Shown in pieces: positions 29,982 to 40,053 of a stretch of 64,000 bases of DNA. Numbering within the stretch: position 1 is the first letter of the stretch; each line of letters opens with the position of its first letter. The translations under genes and the position numbers were made by a program. A model generated the notes under the pieces. The model ran no database searches, was not told the origin of the DNA, and was given only the letters and a program-made list of their open reading frames with translations. The DNA comes from Armatimonadota bacterium (lineage in GTDB: Bacteria > Armatimonadota > Zipacnadia > UBA1398 > JAKPQA01), in NCBI GenBank assembly GCA_029547025.1, contig JAKPQA010000101.1:8705-72704 (forward strand), in the 5' to 3' direction.

Positions 29982-30096
29982 GGCAGACGGTCGATGGCAG
30001 GGAATGGAGGTTGGGAGGCCGACAGAGCGCAGGGCGCGCGGGAGGCTGGTCGGGCGGAGCGGCGAAGTAGGCCGACGTCGGGCTGGAGGGTCGACG

Positions 30097-31284
30097 GTGA
30101 ACCGCCGGGATGCGTTGCGACTCATGCTGTCGGGTGCCGTGGCCGGCTGTGCCGCGGGGGTTTCGGCATGCCGGCGGCCGACTGAGGCCGTGGCGGAGCC
30201 TTCGTCCGCTGTAGTGGGTCCCGAACCGGAGCTCCGCCTGGCTGCCCAGGGACTGCGATCGGTCGAGCGCTGGGTCCATCCGGCTCTCCACTACGAGCGA
30301 CGAGAGAAGAAGCGCGTGGTGTGCCGGCTGTGCCCGCGCGAGTGCCTGGTTGGCGACCGGGAGCGCGGGTTCTGCGGTTCCAGGGAGAATCGCGGCGGCT
30401 CCTACTACACGCTGGTCTATGGGCAAGCCGCTGCTGCGAACATCGACCCCATCGAGAAGAAGCCGTTCTTTCACTTCCTGCCCGGAACCCGAGCGTTCTC
30501 GATCGCGGCGGCCGGCTGCAACATGGACTGCCGCGCTTGTCAGAACTGGGAGATCTCGCAAGCCCGTCCCGAGCAGATCGCCGGCGCGAGGGACCTTCCA
30601 CCAGCCCAGGTTGCCGCGGGAGCGTTGCAGACCCGCTGTTCCTCGATTGCCTATACGTATAGCGAACCGACGGTTTTCTACGAGTACATGCTGGACACGG
30701 CCAAGGCGGGTCATGCCCAAGGCGTCCGCTCGGTGATGGTCTCGGGCGGGTACATCCGTCCCGGGCCACTCCGTCAGCTCCTCCCCCACCTGGACGCGGT
30801 GAAGATCGACCTCAAGTCGTTCCGCGAGGAGACCTACGTCGACTATTGTCGGAGCCATCTGCAGCCGGTGCTCGACGCCATTCGAGTGGTAGCAGGTGTG
30901 GGGAAGTGGCTCGAGATCGTGTATCTCGTCGTTCCGGGCGTGAACGATAGCTCGACCGAAGTGCGAGACATGAGCCGGTGGCTGCTCCAGGTTGCCGGAC
31001 CGGGAGTGGCGCTGCATTTCTCACGGTTCTTTCCGGCCTATCAACTCACCAATCTGCCCCCCACGCCCTTGTCTACACTGGAGCGATGCTATCAGACGGC
31101 CCGTGCGGCGGGGCTGCAGTACGTATACGTCGGGAACATCGCCGATCCGCGGCGTGCGTCGACCGTTTGCCCGGGCTGCGGGGAGGTCGTGGTGCGGCGC
31201 GACGCCATGCGTCTCATCGAGAACCGCCTACGTAACGGCTCCTGCCCCAAGTGCGGGCACCGGGTGCCCGGCGTTTGGGCCTAG
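30097..31284 (+). CDS. Radical SAM enzyme of the PFL-activase/AmmeMemoRadiSam type, with an unusual Tat/lipobox-like N-terminal extension
   Basis: The CNMDCRACQNWEIS cluster (Cx3Cx2C followed by the QNWEIS signature of AmmeMemoRadiSam radical SAMs). Upstream motif VVCRLCPRECLVGDRERGFCGSREN. C-terminal CPGCGEVV...CPKCGHRV zinc ribbon. A GTG at 30097 with GGAGGG 6 nt upstream gives the N-terminus VNRRDALRLMLSGAVAGC. Confidence 0.7.
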   Translation: MNRRDALRLMLSGAVAGCAAGVSACRRPTEAVAEPSSAVVGPEPELRLAAQGLRSVERWVHPALHYERREKKRVVCRLCPRECLVGDRERGFCGSRENRGGSYYTLVYGQAAAANIDPIEKKPFFHFLPGTRAFSIAAAGCNMDCRACQNWEISQARPEQIAGARDLPPAQVAAGALQTRCSSIAYTYSEPTVFYEYMLDTAKAGHAQGVRSVMVSGGYIRPGPLRQLLPHLDAVKIDLKSFREETYVDYCRSHLQPVLDAIRVVAGVGKWLEIVYLVVPGVNDSSTEVRDMSRWLLQVAGPGVALHFSRFFPAYQLTNLPPTPLSTLERCYQTARAAGLQYVYVGNIADPRRASTVCPGCGEVVVRRDAMRLIENRLRNGSCPKCGHRVPGVWA

Positions 31285-31317
31285 CGCAGACGGCGGGGCG
31301 GGGCCGCGCTGCCCGTC

Positions 31318-32196
31318 CTAGGCCGGCGAGTCGTCGGGCGGGCCGTACTCGTGCAACAGGTCGCGCATGAACTGACGGATCTGGGGGCCGATCTCGGCAT
31401 CGTCGGCGGCCATGCGAATGAAGGCCTTGAAGTAGCTCTCGAAGTTCCCCACATCATGGCGGCGGTCGCCGGGTCCGTACGGGACGCACACAACCGTGCC
31501 CCCTCCACGCACACAGAGACGGATGGCATCGGTGATCTGGACCTCACCGTTAAGGCCCGGGGGCGTGCGGTCGATCAGGTCAAAGACCACGGGCGAGAAG
31601 ATATAGCGGGCGGCGACTGCCAGGCGGCTCGGTGCATCTTCCGGAGAGGGTTTCTCGACGATATCACTAATGAGGAATGCTTCATCGGAAGCCTCGCCCC
31701 GGGGCGCGACGATGCCGTAGCGGGAGACTGCGGCGGGAGCGACGGGCTGCACGGCGATGGCCATGTCGGCGCGGGCTCGTTGGAATGCGTGGGCCATTCG
31801 AGCGAGGAGACGAGCGCCGGCCGCCGCGCCGAGGGTCGTGTCACCCAATGCCACAACGAAGGGCCCGTCGGAAGCGAAGGCACGGGCCATGGACACGGCA
31901 TCGCCCAGGCCCCGGGGTACACTCTGTCGGATGTATAGGATCTCGGGCTGCTGCGGGTCGATGGCATCGTCGTCGAAATGGTCCTCGATGGCTCGCTTGT
32001 CACGGCCGGTGACGATGAGGACGCTGCTGACCCCGAAGGCAGCGAGCTCATCGTAGACATACTGAATCACAGGCTGCCGGCCGATGGGCAGCATTTCCTT
32101 GGGCTGAGCTTTCGTCGCGGGGCGCAGGCGAGTGCCCAGCCCGGCGGCGGGTATGACGGCCTTGGCGATGGCGGGGCCGGGCGGCGAGATGGACAT
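31318..32196 (-). CDS. galU: UTP-glucose-1-phosphate uridylyltransferase (GalU)
   Basis: 292 aa. N-terminal KAVIPAAGLGTRLRPATKAQPKEMLPIGRQPVIQYVYDE is the canonical GalU nucleotide-binding signature. GGAGGG RBS. The rest of the 707-aa track ORF upstream is an artefact. Confidence 0.85.
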   Translation of the reverse strand: MSISPPGPAIAKAVIPAAGLGTRLRPATKAQPKEMLPIGRQPVIQYVYDELAAFGVSSVLIVTGRDKRAIEDHFDDDAIDPQQPEILYIRQSVPRGLGDAVSMARAFASDGPFVVALGDTTLGAAAGARLLARMAHAFQRARADMAIAVQPVAPAAVSRYGIVAPRGEASDEAFLISDIVEKPSPEDAPSRLAVAARYIFSPVVFDLIDRTPPGLNGEVQITDAIRLCVRGGGTVVCVPYGPGDRRHDVGNFESYFKAFIRMAADDAEIGPQIRQFMRDLLHEYGPPDDSPA

Positions 32197-32281
32197 GGAG
32201 ACCCTCCGGGTCGTTGCGCGAGTTCCGGGCACCGCAGTACCCGCTCGCTCTAGTGTACACGGGCCGCGCGGGCGACGCGAT

Positions 32282-33664
32282 TCAGGTACCGGCCATCCAC
32301 GGGGTCGATCGGTCCCACTGTCGGAGAAGCGCATCGCAGGACTGGGCGGTCTGGGCCTGCTCGCCCGTACCGGCCAGGTTCCGCAGCTCGAATGGGTCGT
32401 CTTGCAGGTCGTGGAACATCGATGGCGCGCCAGCGAGTGTGCGCGTGCCGGGCTCAAAGGGTACATGGTAGAGGTGCGACGGCGTTCGAACCGCGGCGCC
32501 GCTGCCGGTCTCGACCACGGCGTGCACCCGCGGCGGCAGGCCACCATCCAGCGCCGGAACCAGGCTTTGCCCCTGCATGGTCTTCGGTATGGGGACGCCC
32601 GCCAGGTCGAGAAGTGTTGGCGCGATATCGACGAGGCTGGCCACGCAGCCATCGGCCACCCGGGGGTGAAGGCGTCCAGGCGCCCAAACGATGAGTGGGA
32701 TACGGATGGACTCCTCGTTCGGGCCGCCTTTCTGCACGAGCCCCAGGCTGCCCAGGTTGTCGCCGTGATCCGATGTGAAGACGACGATCGTGTTCTCGGC
32801 GAGCCCTGTTGCGTCCAGGGCGGCGAGCATGCGGCCGATGGCTTCGTCCATCCACGTGACCATGCCGTAGTATTCGGCAATGAGTTGGCGGAGGCCGTAG
32901 CCGGGGGGCAGTTCGAGTGTATGGGGCAGGCCGAAGCTATAGTACCGGAAGTCCCATCGGTAGACGCGGAACCAGTGCTCCTGGCTCTCGAGCGGGCGGA
33001 TGGGGTCCACATTGTCGCGGAGCGGCACGTCTTCGGGCGCGTACATGGTGCGGATGCGCACTGGGGCGTCGGCGACGGGGCAGTGTGGGGGCGAGATGCT
33101 ATAGTAGAGCAAGAAGGGCCGTTTACCACGTCCGGGAGTATTGAGGAAACGCTCCACCTCGGCGGCCTCGAACTCGACACTCCATCCGGCGGGGACGAAC
33201 TCGGGACCGCCGTTGCGGGTGAAGCTTTGCCCGCTATGGCAGTGGTGGACCCGGGGAATGAGGTACTCGTCGAACCCCACGTCATCGGGCCAGGAGTGGA
33301 TGTGCCACTTGCCGACGACAGCGGTGTCGTAGCCCGCAGCGCGCAGCGCCTCGGCGAGGGTGGTGTCCCGCAGGTGCGGACGCCCGGCGATGGGGTACTC
33401 GGGCATCGCGTAGTCGCCCGGCCGGGTCGGGTAGGCGACATTGCTGACGCCTCCGGTGCTGGAACGGTTGTACTGCCCCGAGACGAGCACCGAACGGGCC
33501 GCCATGCAGACGGGGAAGTTCGTCACGGCGTGCTCGAAGCGCACGCCCTCGCGTGCCAGGCGGTCGACGCTCGGTGTGCGGATGATGGGGTTTCCGTGGC
33601 ACCCGGTCTCGAAGGCCCGGAGCTGGTCGCATGTACACAGGATGATGTGGGGCGCTGGATCCAA
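32282..33664 (-). CDS. Sulfatase-family enzyme (alkaline-phosphatase superfamily) with a non-canonical active-site motif and no signal peptide
   Basis: 460 aa. Sulfatase signature II GYDTAVVGKWHI is present. Signature I is C-D-Q-L-R-AFETG (C-x-Q-x-R rather than C/S-x-P-x-R). The N-terminus MDPAPHIILCTCDQ has no hydrophobic signal. Confidence 0.75.
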   Translation of the reverse strand: MDPAPHIILCTCDQLRAFETGCHGNPIIRTPSVDRLAREGVRFEHAVTNFPVCMAARSVLVSGQYNRSSTGGVSNVAYPTRPGDYAMPEYPIAGRPHLRDTTLAEALRAAGYDTAVVGKWHIHSWPDDVGFDEYLIPRVHHCHSGQSFTRNGGPEFVPAGWSVEFEAAEVERFLNTPGRGKRPFLLYYSISPPHCPVADAPVRIRTMYAPEDVPLRDNVDPIRPLESQEHWFRVYRWDFRYYSFGLPHTLELPPGYGLRQLIAEYYGMVTWMDEAIGRMLAALDATGLAENTIVVFTSDHGDNLGSLGLVQKGGPNEESIRIPLIVWAPGRLHPRVADGCVASLVDIAPTLLDLAGVPIPKTMQGQSLVPALDGGLPPRVHAVVETGSGAAVRTPSHLYHVPFEPGTRTLAGAPSMFHDLQDDPFELRNLAGTGEQAQTAQSCDALLRQWDRSTPWMAGT

Positions 33665-33896
33665 GGCGGCCCTCCGATGGTGGTCTGCGGCAGGAGACAG
33701 CCGAGACTCGATTGGTAATGCGCCACAGAGGGGAAGGGTCCCTGCCCGGGCGGCGCGCGGAGCGCGAGGTTCGCCCTATGGCGCCGCTCGGCGAGGCGTT
33801 CCATGGGCCGCTGGAGCGCTGAGTCACCGCCAATGCCCTGCTTGGGCTGGCCCGGGCAGTTCGAGGTATACTGAGACACTGGCCCGGCGTGGGTTT

Positions 33897-35240
33897 GTGG
33901 AGCCGGGGGACGGCGAGACGAAGCGAGGTTATGACTTGCTGTATCGTCATGTTGCAGCAGAGGCAGTGGCCGAGGTGGCTCGCCGTGATGCGGTAGAGGA
34001 GCCCAGCGCACGAGGCGCGGCCGAACTGTGTGGTTTCCGGAGCGACAAGCCTGTCTACGGTGGGCAGGCGGTGATCGAGGGCGTCATGATGCGCGGGAAG
34101 CGCTTCGCCGCGACATCGGTGCGGCGTGAGGATGGAGAGATCATCGTCCACACCGAGGAGATCTCCGGTTTCGTATCGCGTCACCCGTGGATCAACCGGC
34201 CCCTGTTGCGGGGAGTGTTCACGCTGTTCGACTCGCTCCTGGCCGGCTACCGCTCGTTGCGCTTCTCGGCCGATGTGCTGACCGAGGAGATGCGGCAGCA
34301 AGAGAGCTCGGAGTTCGATGCCTCGGCGGTTCGCGAGGAGCTTTTTGGCGATGCCGGCGTTCGGATGGTGCATCCCGAGACGGGTCTGAGCGTCGAGTCG
34401 GCGCGTGAGGCCGATCATGAACGCAACCGCGCGCGGGCATTGCGGTTGCTCAGGGGCAAGGTGGCTCGCCATCGGGCGCTGGGGGGCGCCAGAGAGCCCG
34501 GACCCTCGGCCCCGGGGGGTCTCGCAATCGAGCCCGCCACTCCCGAGCGGCCGGTGGAGCAGAACGCCGCGTCGGGGATGCCGGGATGGTCGACGGCCGT
34601 CATGTTCCTCGGGCTGGCGTTCGCCGTGATCTTCGTTGTGGTTGTGCCACATCTCATCGGGAAGTATCTGTCGACCCGGGCGGGTCTCGAGGCCTATGCC
34701 TATCAGGCGGGGCCGGTGCGGGTGAACTTGGGGTCGAACATCATTGAGGGACTGATTCGACTCGGTCTGTTCCTTGGCTACGTGTGGGTGATCGGGTTCA
34801 TGCCCGACATCCGCCGTGTGTTCCAGTACCATGGGGCGGAGCACATGACCGTGTATGGAGTCGAGGCCGGTGTTGAGCTGACGCCGGCGAATGTTCGGCG
34901 GTTCTCGCGACTGCATCCTCGGTGTGGGACGAACTTCATCTTCATCGTGATCTGCGTGAAGATCGTGTTGTTCTCGTTTCTGGAGTGGGACAACCCGACG
35001 CTGCGGATTGTGGGGCGCCTGGCGTTGCTCCCCGTGGTGGCGGCGGTGTCCTATGAGATTCTGCGGCTGGCCGGACGGCACCGGGACAGCCGCGTGACGC
35101 GCGCGCTGATTGCGCCCGGTCTGTGGGTGCAGCGGCTGACCACGCGCGAACCGGACGACAGCCAGATCGAGGTTGCGATCCTGTCGATGAGGCGCGTGCT
35201 CGACCTCGAGCTGGCGGCGAGGGAGCCCCATGCTGGATAG
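33897..35240 (+). CDS. DUF1385 family protein (conserved partner of prfA/prmC)
   Basis: The conserved core begins at [14 protein letters not shown] and includes the HGAEHM motif and two transmembrane segments. The start is uncertain (GTG 33897, TTG 33936, GTG about 33960). The Arg-rich 150-aa N-terminal extension of the track ORF is rejected. Confidence 0.65.
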   Translation: MEPGDGETKRGYDLLYRHVAAEAVAEVARRDAVEEPSARGAAELCGFRSDKPVYGGQAVIEGVMMRGKRFAATSVRREDGEIIVHTEEISGFVSRHPWINRPLLRGVFTLFDSLLAGYRSLRFSADVLTEEMRQQESSEFDASAVREELFGDAGVRMVHPETGLSVESAREADHERNRARALRLLRGKVARHRALGGAREPGPSAPGGLAIEPATPERPVEQNAASGMPGWSTAVMFLGLAFAVIFVVVVPHLIGKYLSTRAGLEAYAYQAGPVRVNLGSNIIEGLIRLGLFLGYVWVIGFMPDIRRVFQYHGAEHMTVYGVEAGVELTPANVRRFSRLHPRCGTNFIFIVICVKIVLFSFLEWDNPTLRIVGRLALLPVVAAVSYEILRLAGRHRDSRVTRALIAPGLWVQRLTTREPDDSQIEVAILSMRRVLDLELAAREPHAG

Positions 35241-36291
35241 ACTGCTGACGTACAGAACACGGTATGAGGAGATCGGCGCGCGGTTGGCCGATGAGGCGGT
35301 GCTCTCCGACCCGTCGGCGTATCGCGCGCTGTCGAAGGAGTACTCGGACCTGGAGCCGCTGGCGTCGATGCACCGGGAGGCAGAGCGGCTGCGGGAGGAG
35401 CTCGAGGGTGCCCGGGAGCTCACCGCGGATCCTGAACTGAGGGAGGAAGCGGAGCTTGAGGCGCAACGGCTGGTACAGGCACTGGCCGAGCTCGAGGAGC
35501 GGGCCGCCCGGCTGTTGCTGGCCGACAACGACCCCGACTCGGACCGTAACGCGATCATCGAGGTGCGCGCGGGAACGGGCGGTGAGGAAGCGGCGCTGTT
35601 CGCGCGTGACCTGTACCGGATGTACAGCCGCTATGCCGAGCGCAAGGGGTGGAAGACCGAGCTGATCGACCTGAATGAGACGGGGATCGGCGGCATCAAG
35701 GAGGTCGTGTTCTCGCTACAGGGACGGGGCGCGTATGGACAGATGCAGTTTGAGAGTGGCGTGCATCGTGTGCAGCGGGTACCCGAGACGGAGTCGAGCG
35801 GGCGGATCCACACGTCGGCGGCAACCGTAGCCATCCTCCCCGAGGCCGAGGAGGTCGACATTGAGATCGATCCGGCGGATCTGGAGGTCGACACTTATCG
35901 ATCGAGCAGTGCCGGTGGGCAGCATGTGAACAAGACGGATTCCGCTGTGCGCATCACCCACGTGCCTACCGGCATCGTGGTGCAGTGTCAGGATGAGCGG
36001 AGCCAGCGTCAGAATCGGGTCAAGGCCATGCGGGTCCTGCGAGCCAAGTTGCTGGACAAGCAGCGGCAGGAGCAGGAGGCGGCGATCGCATCGTCACGGA
36101 AGTCCCAGGTTCGCACCGGTGATCGGAGCGAAAAGATCCGCACGTACAACTTTCCGCAGAGCCGGATCACAGACCACCGCATTGGCTACTCAACTTACAA
36201 TCTTGAGGCATTCCTCGATGGCGACATCGAGGACATGATTGAGCGGTTGCGTGCGGCCGCGGCCGAGGAGGCCTTGGCCGCCAGGGAGTGA
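35230..36291 (+). CDS. prfA: Peptide chain release factor 1
   Basis: 353 aa. GGQ motif ([19 protein letters not shown]). RF1-type P-x-T tripeptide ([10 protein letters not shown]) rather than the SPF of RF2. Confidence 0.95.
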   Translation: MLDRLLTYRTRYEEIGARLADEAVLSDPSAYRALSKEYSDLEPLASMHREAERLREELEGARELTADPELREEAELEAQRLVQALAELEERAARLLLADNDPDSDRNAIIEVRAGTGGEEAALFARDLYRMYSRYAERKGWKTELIDLNETGIGGIKEVVFSLQGRGAYGQMQFESGVHRVQRVPETESSGRIHTSAATVAILPEAEEVDIEIDPADLEVDTYRSSSAGGQHVNKTDSAVRITHVPTGIVVQCQDERSQRQNRVKAMRVLRAKLLDKQRQEQEAAIASSRKSQVRTGDRSEKIRTYNFPQSRITDHRIGYSTYNLEAFLDGDIEDMIERLRAAAAEEALAARE

Positions 36292-37154
36292 TCACCTCGA
36301 CAGACGGCCTGTCGGCCCGGGAGCTGCATCGCGCGCTGACATCCCTCCTGACTGGTAGCCCTTATGTGACGGCGCCGGGCTCCGAAGCGGCATGGATTGT
36401 GGGCCATCTGAGCGGCCGGAGCTGGGCTCAGCTCCTCGCGGGCACAGGGACGCCGTTGCCGCCCGACGTTTCGGCGCAGGCCGAGGCCATTGCTCTGCGC
36501 CGGCGTGCGGGCGAGCCGCTGCAGTATCTGCTGGGCGATGCGTACTTCTATGGGCACCGTTTCCTCGCCGACCGTCGCGTGCTGATCCCCCGGCCGGAGA
36601 CGGAGTTGTTGGTGAGCGTGTGCGCCGAGCGGCTGAGGGATCGCCGAGCGCCGGTGTTCGCCGACATCGCGACGGGCAGCGGATGCATTGCCATTTCGGT
36701 GGTGCTGGAGCTGCCCCATGCCCGAGGCGTGGCCACCGACCTGTCGGCCAGCGCCCTGGAGGTCGCCCTGAAGAATGCCAGGTTGCATGGCGTCGAAGAC
36801 CGTGTGGAGTTCCGGCAGGGGCATCTGCTCGAGCCACTGAAGGGCCTGCTGTTCGATGCGCTGCTCATTAACCCACCGTACATCCCCTCTGGCGACATCG
36901 CCTCCTTGGGTCCCGAACTGGCCGCCGAGCCGGTGATGGCGCTCGATGGCGGTCCGGACGGCCTCGATTTCTACCGTGCCATCGCGCGCCATTGGCGAGA
37001 TGCTCTGTTTCCGGGTGGCTTCATGGCGTGCGAGGTTGGGGCGGGGCAGATGCCGGAGGTCTTGAGGTTGATGGGTCCGGGGCGGTATCGGGTTGTCCCC
37101 GACCTATCGGGTGTGGCGAGGGCGCTGGTGGCGGAGCGGGGAGCGGTGCGCTAG
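36288..37154 (+). CDS. prmC: Release factor glutamine N5-methyltransferase (PrmC/HemK)
   Basis: 288 aa. SAM-binding motif [10 protein letters not shown] and NPPY substrate-binding motif. ATGA overlap with prfA. Confidence 0.9.
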   Translation: MITSTDGLSARELHRALTSLLTGSPYVTAPGSEAAWIVGHLSGRSWAQLLAGTGTPLPPDVSAQAEAIALRRRAGEPLQYLLGDAYFYGHRFLADRRVLIPRPETELLVSVCAERLRDRRAPVFADIATGSGCIAISVVLELPHARGVATDLSASALEVALKNARLHGVEDRVEFRQGHLLEPLKGLLFDALLINPPYIPSGDIASLGPELAAEPVMALDGGPDGLDFYRAIARHWRDALFPGGFMACEVGAGQMPEVLRLMGPGRYRVVPDLSGVARALVAERGAVR

Positions 37155-37189
37155 GGCCTGACCACGGCGGGGGAAGTGGAACGTTCGGG

Positions 37190-38965
37190 ATGGAGACGGG
37201 CCAGAAACGCGCGTCGTCGTTCCGCCGCGCATGGTCCTACGCGCGGCCGTATCGTTGGACCATTGCGGCCGGTTTCGTGTGCATGGCCATTGTGGCCGTG
37301 GCGGGGCTGGTCCCACCACTGGTCATTGGCCGGGTGATCGATGACCTCGGGGCCGGCCGGTTCGGCCGTACCGGCACGTATGTTCTGATGCTCTTGGGTC
37401 TGTTCGCGGCCGAAGGGCTGTTCAGTGGGATCCGCAACCGCCTCATGCACGTGGCCGGCGAGTGGTTCGTGTTGCGCATTCGTTCGGATGCGTACCGGTC
37501 GGTGCAACGGCTATCGCTTTCCTACTTCGAGCAGAACACCACGGGTGACATCATGTCACGCCTGTCGGGCGACGTGGACGCCATCGAGGACATGCTCGTT
37601 CACGGCACCGATGACATCCTGGTGAACGCGATTCGCTTTGTGGGCATCACGGGCATGCTGATCTACCTGGACTGGCGGATTGCATTGGCTGTGGCGCTGC
37701 CGGCCCCTTTCATCGCACTGGGCCTGTTCACATTTGCCAAGCGCATACGAAAGACATATCGCCTGGTGCGGGATCAGCTCGGCGACCTCAACGCGAAGCT
37801 GCAGGACAACATCACCGGGATCCGCGTGATCAAGGGGTTCGCGGCCGAGGGGCGCGAGTTCGAGTTGTTCGAGGGCAAGAGCCGCGACTACGCCAATCGA
37901 CGTATCCACCTGATCCGTCTGTGGACGGTGTTCTACCCCGTGATGGAGTTCCTCGGCGGCCTGGGTTTCATCGCCGTGATCTGGGTGGGGTCTCGGCTGA
38001 TCCAGTCGGGCGAGTTCTCGGCGGGCGACCTGGTGGCGACGTTCGCCTACGTGATGCAGTTCTATGGTCCGATTCACACGTTCTCTCGGATCAATGAGAC
38101 GATCCAGCGGGCCCTGGCGGCCGCGGATCGGGTCTTCGAGCTCATGGACGCGCAGCCAGACGTGGTAGACCGCGAGGGAGCCCACGAGCTGGATCGCGTG
38201 CGGGGCAAGGTGGAGTTCCGGAACGTAGGGTTCCGCTATGCGTCGGGCGGCGAGGTTCTCCGCGATGTCTCGTTCGTGGCCGAGAGTGGCGAGTGTGTGG
38301 CGCTCGTGGGCCGGAGTGGCGCCGGGAAAACGAGTGTCATCAACCTGATTCCTCGCTTCTATGATCCTATCGAGGGCCAGGTGCTGGTGGATGACATCGA
38401 TGTTCGTGACCTGGTGAGCGCGTCCTTGCGGCGCAATGTGGCCATGGTCTTGCAGGATACGTTTCTCTTCAACGGCACGGTGCGGGAGAACATCGCATAT
38501 GCTCGGCCCGGGGCCAGTGACGCCGAGATCGAGTCCGCCGCCCGGATTGCCAACGCGCACGAGTTCATCGAGGGGCTTGAGAATGGCTACGACACGGAGA
38601 TTGGCGAGCGCGGTGTGAAGCTATCGGGAGGCCAGAAGCAGCGGCTATCCATCGCCCGGGCGGTTTTGGCCGACCCGCGCATTCTGATTCTCGACGAGGC
38701 GACATCGTCCGTGGACACGGAGTCGGAGCTGCTGATCCACGAAGCGCTGGAGAAGCTCATCCGGGGCCGGACGACGTTCATCATCGCGCATCGGCTTTCC
38801 ACCGTGCAGAAGGCCGACAAGATCATCGTGCTGGAGGAGGGTCGCATCGTCGAGGAAGGCAATCATCAGTCTCTGCTGGCTAAGGGCGGCGCCTATGCCC
38901 GCATGTGCGAGATGCAGTTCGCGTTGGCTGAGGTGGAGCGCGACTACGCGGCCGTGTCCACGTAG
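37190..38965 (+). CDS. ABC exporter, fused transmembrane-domain and nucleotide-binding-domain half-transporter (MsbA/lipid A-type exporter family)
   Basis: 591 aa from METGQKRASS (GGGGGAAG RBS). Six-TM domain, then Walker A GRSGAGKTS, signature LSGGQKQRLSIARA, Walker B ILILDEATSSVD, H-loop IAHRLST. Confidence 0.85.
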   Translation: METGQKRASSFRRAWSYARPYRWTIAAGFVCMAIVAVAGLVPPLVIGRVIDDLGAGRFGRTGTYVLMLLGLFAAEGLFSGIRNRLMHVAGEWFVLRIRSDAYRSVQRLSLSYFEQNTTGDIMSRLSGDVDAIEDMLVHGTDDILVNAIRFVGITGMLIYLDWRIALAVALPAPFIALGLFTFAKRIRKTYRLVRDQLGDLNAKLQDNITGIRVIKGFAAEGREFELFEGKSRDYANRRIHLIRLWTVFYPVMEFLGGLGFIAVIWVGSRLIQSGEFSAGDLVATFAYVMQFYGPIHTFSRINETIQRALAAADRVFELMDAQPDVVDREGAHELDRVRGKVEFRNVGFRYASGGEVLRDVSFVAESGECVALVGRSGAGKTSVINLIPRFYDPIEGQVLVDDIDVRDLVSASLRRNVAMVLQDTFLFNGTVRENIAYARPGASDAEIESAARIANAHEFIEGLENGYDTEIGERGVKLSGGQKQRLSIARAVLADPRILILDEATSSVDTESELLIHEALEKLIRGRTTFIIAHRLSTVQKADKIIVLEEGRIVEEGNHQSLLAKGGAYARMCEMQFALAEVERDYAAVST

Positions 38966-38982
38966 CAGAGGGCGGGTGGCAG

Positions 38983-40053
38983 ATGGTAGACAGCAGATGG
39001 CGAGCATTGGTGATGGTGGCAGCCGCCGTTCTGTTGTGCGTGGTGTCTGGGTGTATTGGAGCCGTGGGCGGAGGCACGCCCCCCGCTGTCGACATCACGG
39101 CGACGACCGGGAAGGTCGAGGGCTTCATCTACATCACACCGGCCCAGGCGGGTTCGGCCGGAGCCGGCCGGCAGGCCATCACGACTCGGTTCGTGTACTC
39201 CGCCAGCGAGAACGCGGAGCTGGGTCAGCCGGCGGCCGACGGCACTCGAGTGAGCGCTCCAGGTGGCACGGGAACCACCACTGGCGGGTTCTTCTCGCTG
39301 CCGGCCGTGCAGGTGGGATTGCGCACACTCACAGTGACGGGGCCGATTGACGGGCAGGAGGCGACGCAGGAGCTGCCCGGGTTCCTGGTTGTGCCCGACG
39401 ACGTGCAGGGGTTGGGGATCTCGGTGGTCGTACTCCCGGCCGCCCTGACAGAGGTTCCGGCGGGCGGAACCACGCAGCTTACGGCGGAGCTCAGGGCAGG
39501 GAGCTACCACGTGGCGGCCTACCCTGCCAGCGACTTCGTTTGGTCGTCGCAATCGGAGGCTATCGCCACGGTAGATGGGAGCGGCACCGTGGCGGGAGTG
39601 GCCTCGGGCCAGGCCCGGATCACCGCGCAGACCGGACCGTATGCCGGGTCGAGAACCGTGTCGGTCGAGGGCAACGTGCGGCACGAGGTGGGCCAGTTGT
39701 GGCTGGGGGCGCTCACTTCCTATCTGGATAACGGCCACCAGGGGTACAACTTCCGCGAGGCGGCGCTGGTTAGCGACCCCAGCGCGAGCCGAGGCACGGG
39801 CGACATGCATATGGACGTGCTGGGCCAGGTTCATGCGTGGGGCACGGGCGCCCTGAGCCTGGGGACCTCGGTGGCGCTGGATGCTTCCATCGTGCCGCCG
39901 GCGGAGGGTTACGTCACGGAGACTCTGCAGCTGCAGGTGGGCGAAGTTGCCGTCATCAAGCTCCGCGACGGCGGCTATGCGGCCATGAAGGTCACCGGGC
40001 TCGATGCGGGCCCCCCGCGGCTGATGAGCTTCGAGTTCATCGTGCTGCAGTAG
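38983..40053 (+). CDS. Lipoprotein with a bacterial Ig-like (Big_2) domain
   Basis: Signal/lipobox MVAAAVLLCVVSGC. Big_2-like segment (SSQSEAIATVDGSGTVAGVASGQARITAQ). The 3' end overlaps the convergent GH gene by 17 bp. Confidence 0.6.
   Translation: MVDSRWRALVMVAAAVLLCVVSGCIGAVGGGTPPAVDITATTGKVEGFIYITPAQAGSAGAGRQAITTRFVYSASENAELGQPAADGTRVSAPGGTGTTTGGFFSLPAVQVGLRTLTVTGPIDGQEATQELPGFLVVPDDVQGLGISVVVLPAALTEVPAGGTTQLTAELRAGSYHVAAYPASDFVWSSQSEAIATVDGSGTVAGVASGQARITAQTGPYAGSRTVSVEGNVRHEVGQLWLGALTSYLDNGHQGYNFREAALVSDPSASRGTGDMHMDVLGQVHAWGTGALSLGTSVALDASIVPPAEGYVTETLQLQVGEVAVIKLRDGGYAAMKVTGLDAGPPRLMSFEFIVLQ

Noticed and set aside
32197-33441. N-terminal 415 aa of the 707-aa minus-strand ORF 31318..33441
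   Set aside because: Only the C-terminal 292 aa (galU, from the ATG at 32196 with a GGAGGG RBS) look like protein. The rest is a Ser/Thr/Arg-rich alternative frame overlapping the well-supported sulfatase gene.
33441-33896. First about 150 codons of the 599-aa DUF1385 ORF
   Set aside because: They are Arg/Ala/Gly-rich with no conservation character. The family core starts near [14 protein letters not shown]. The segment is better explained as the divergent promoter region shared with the sulfatase gene.
36992-37189. 66-codon upstream extension of the ABC exporter ORF overlapping prmC
   Set aside because: It is Gly-rich and overlaps the conserved prmC C-terminus. The exporter's TM domain begins after METGQKRASS (ATG 37190 with a G-rich RBS).
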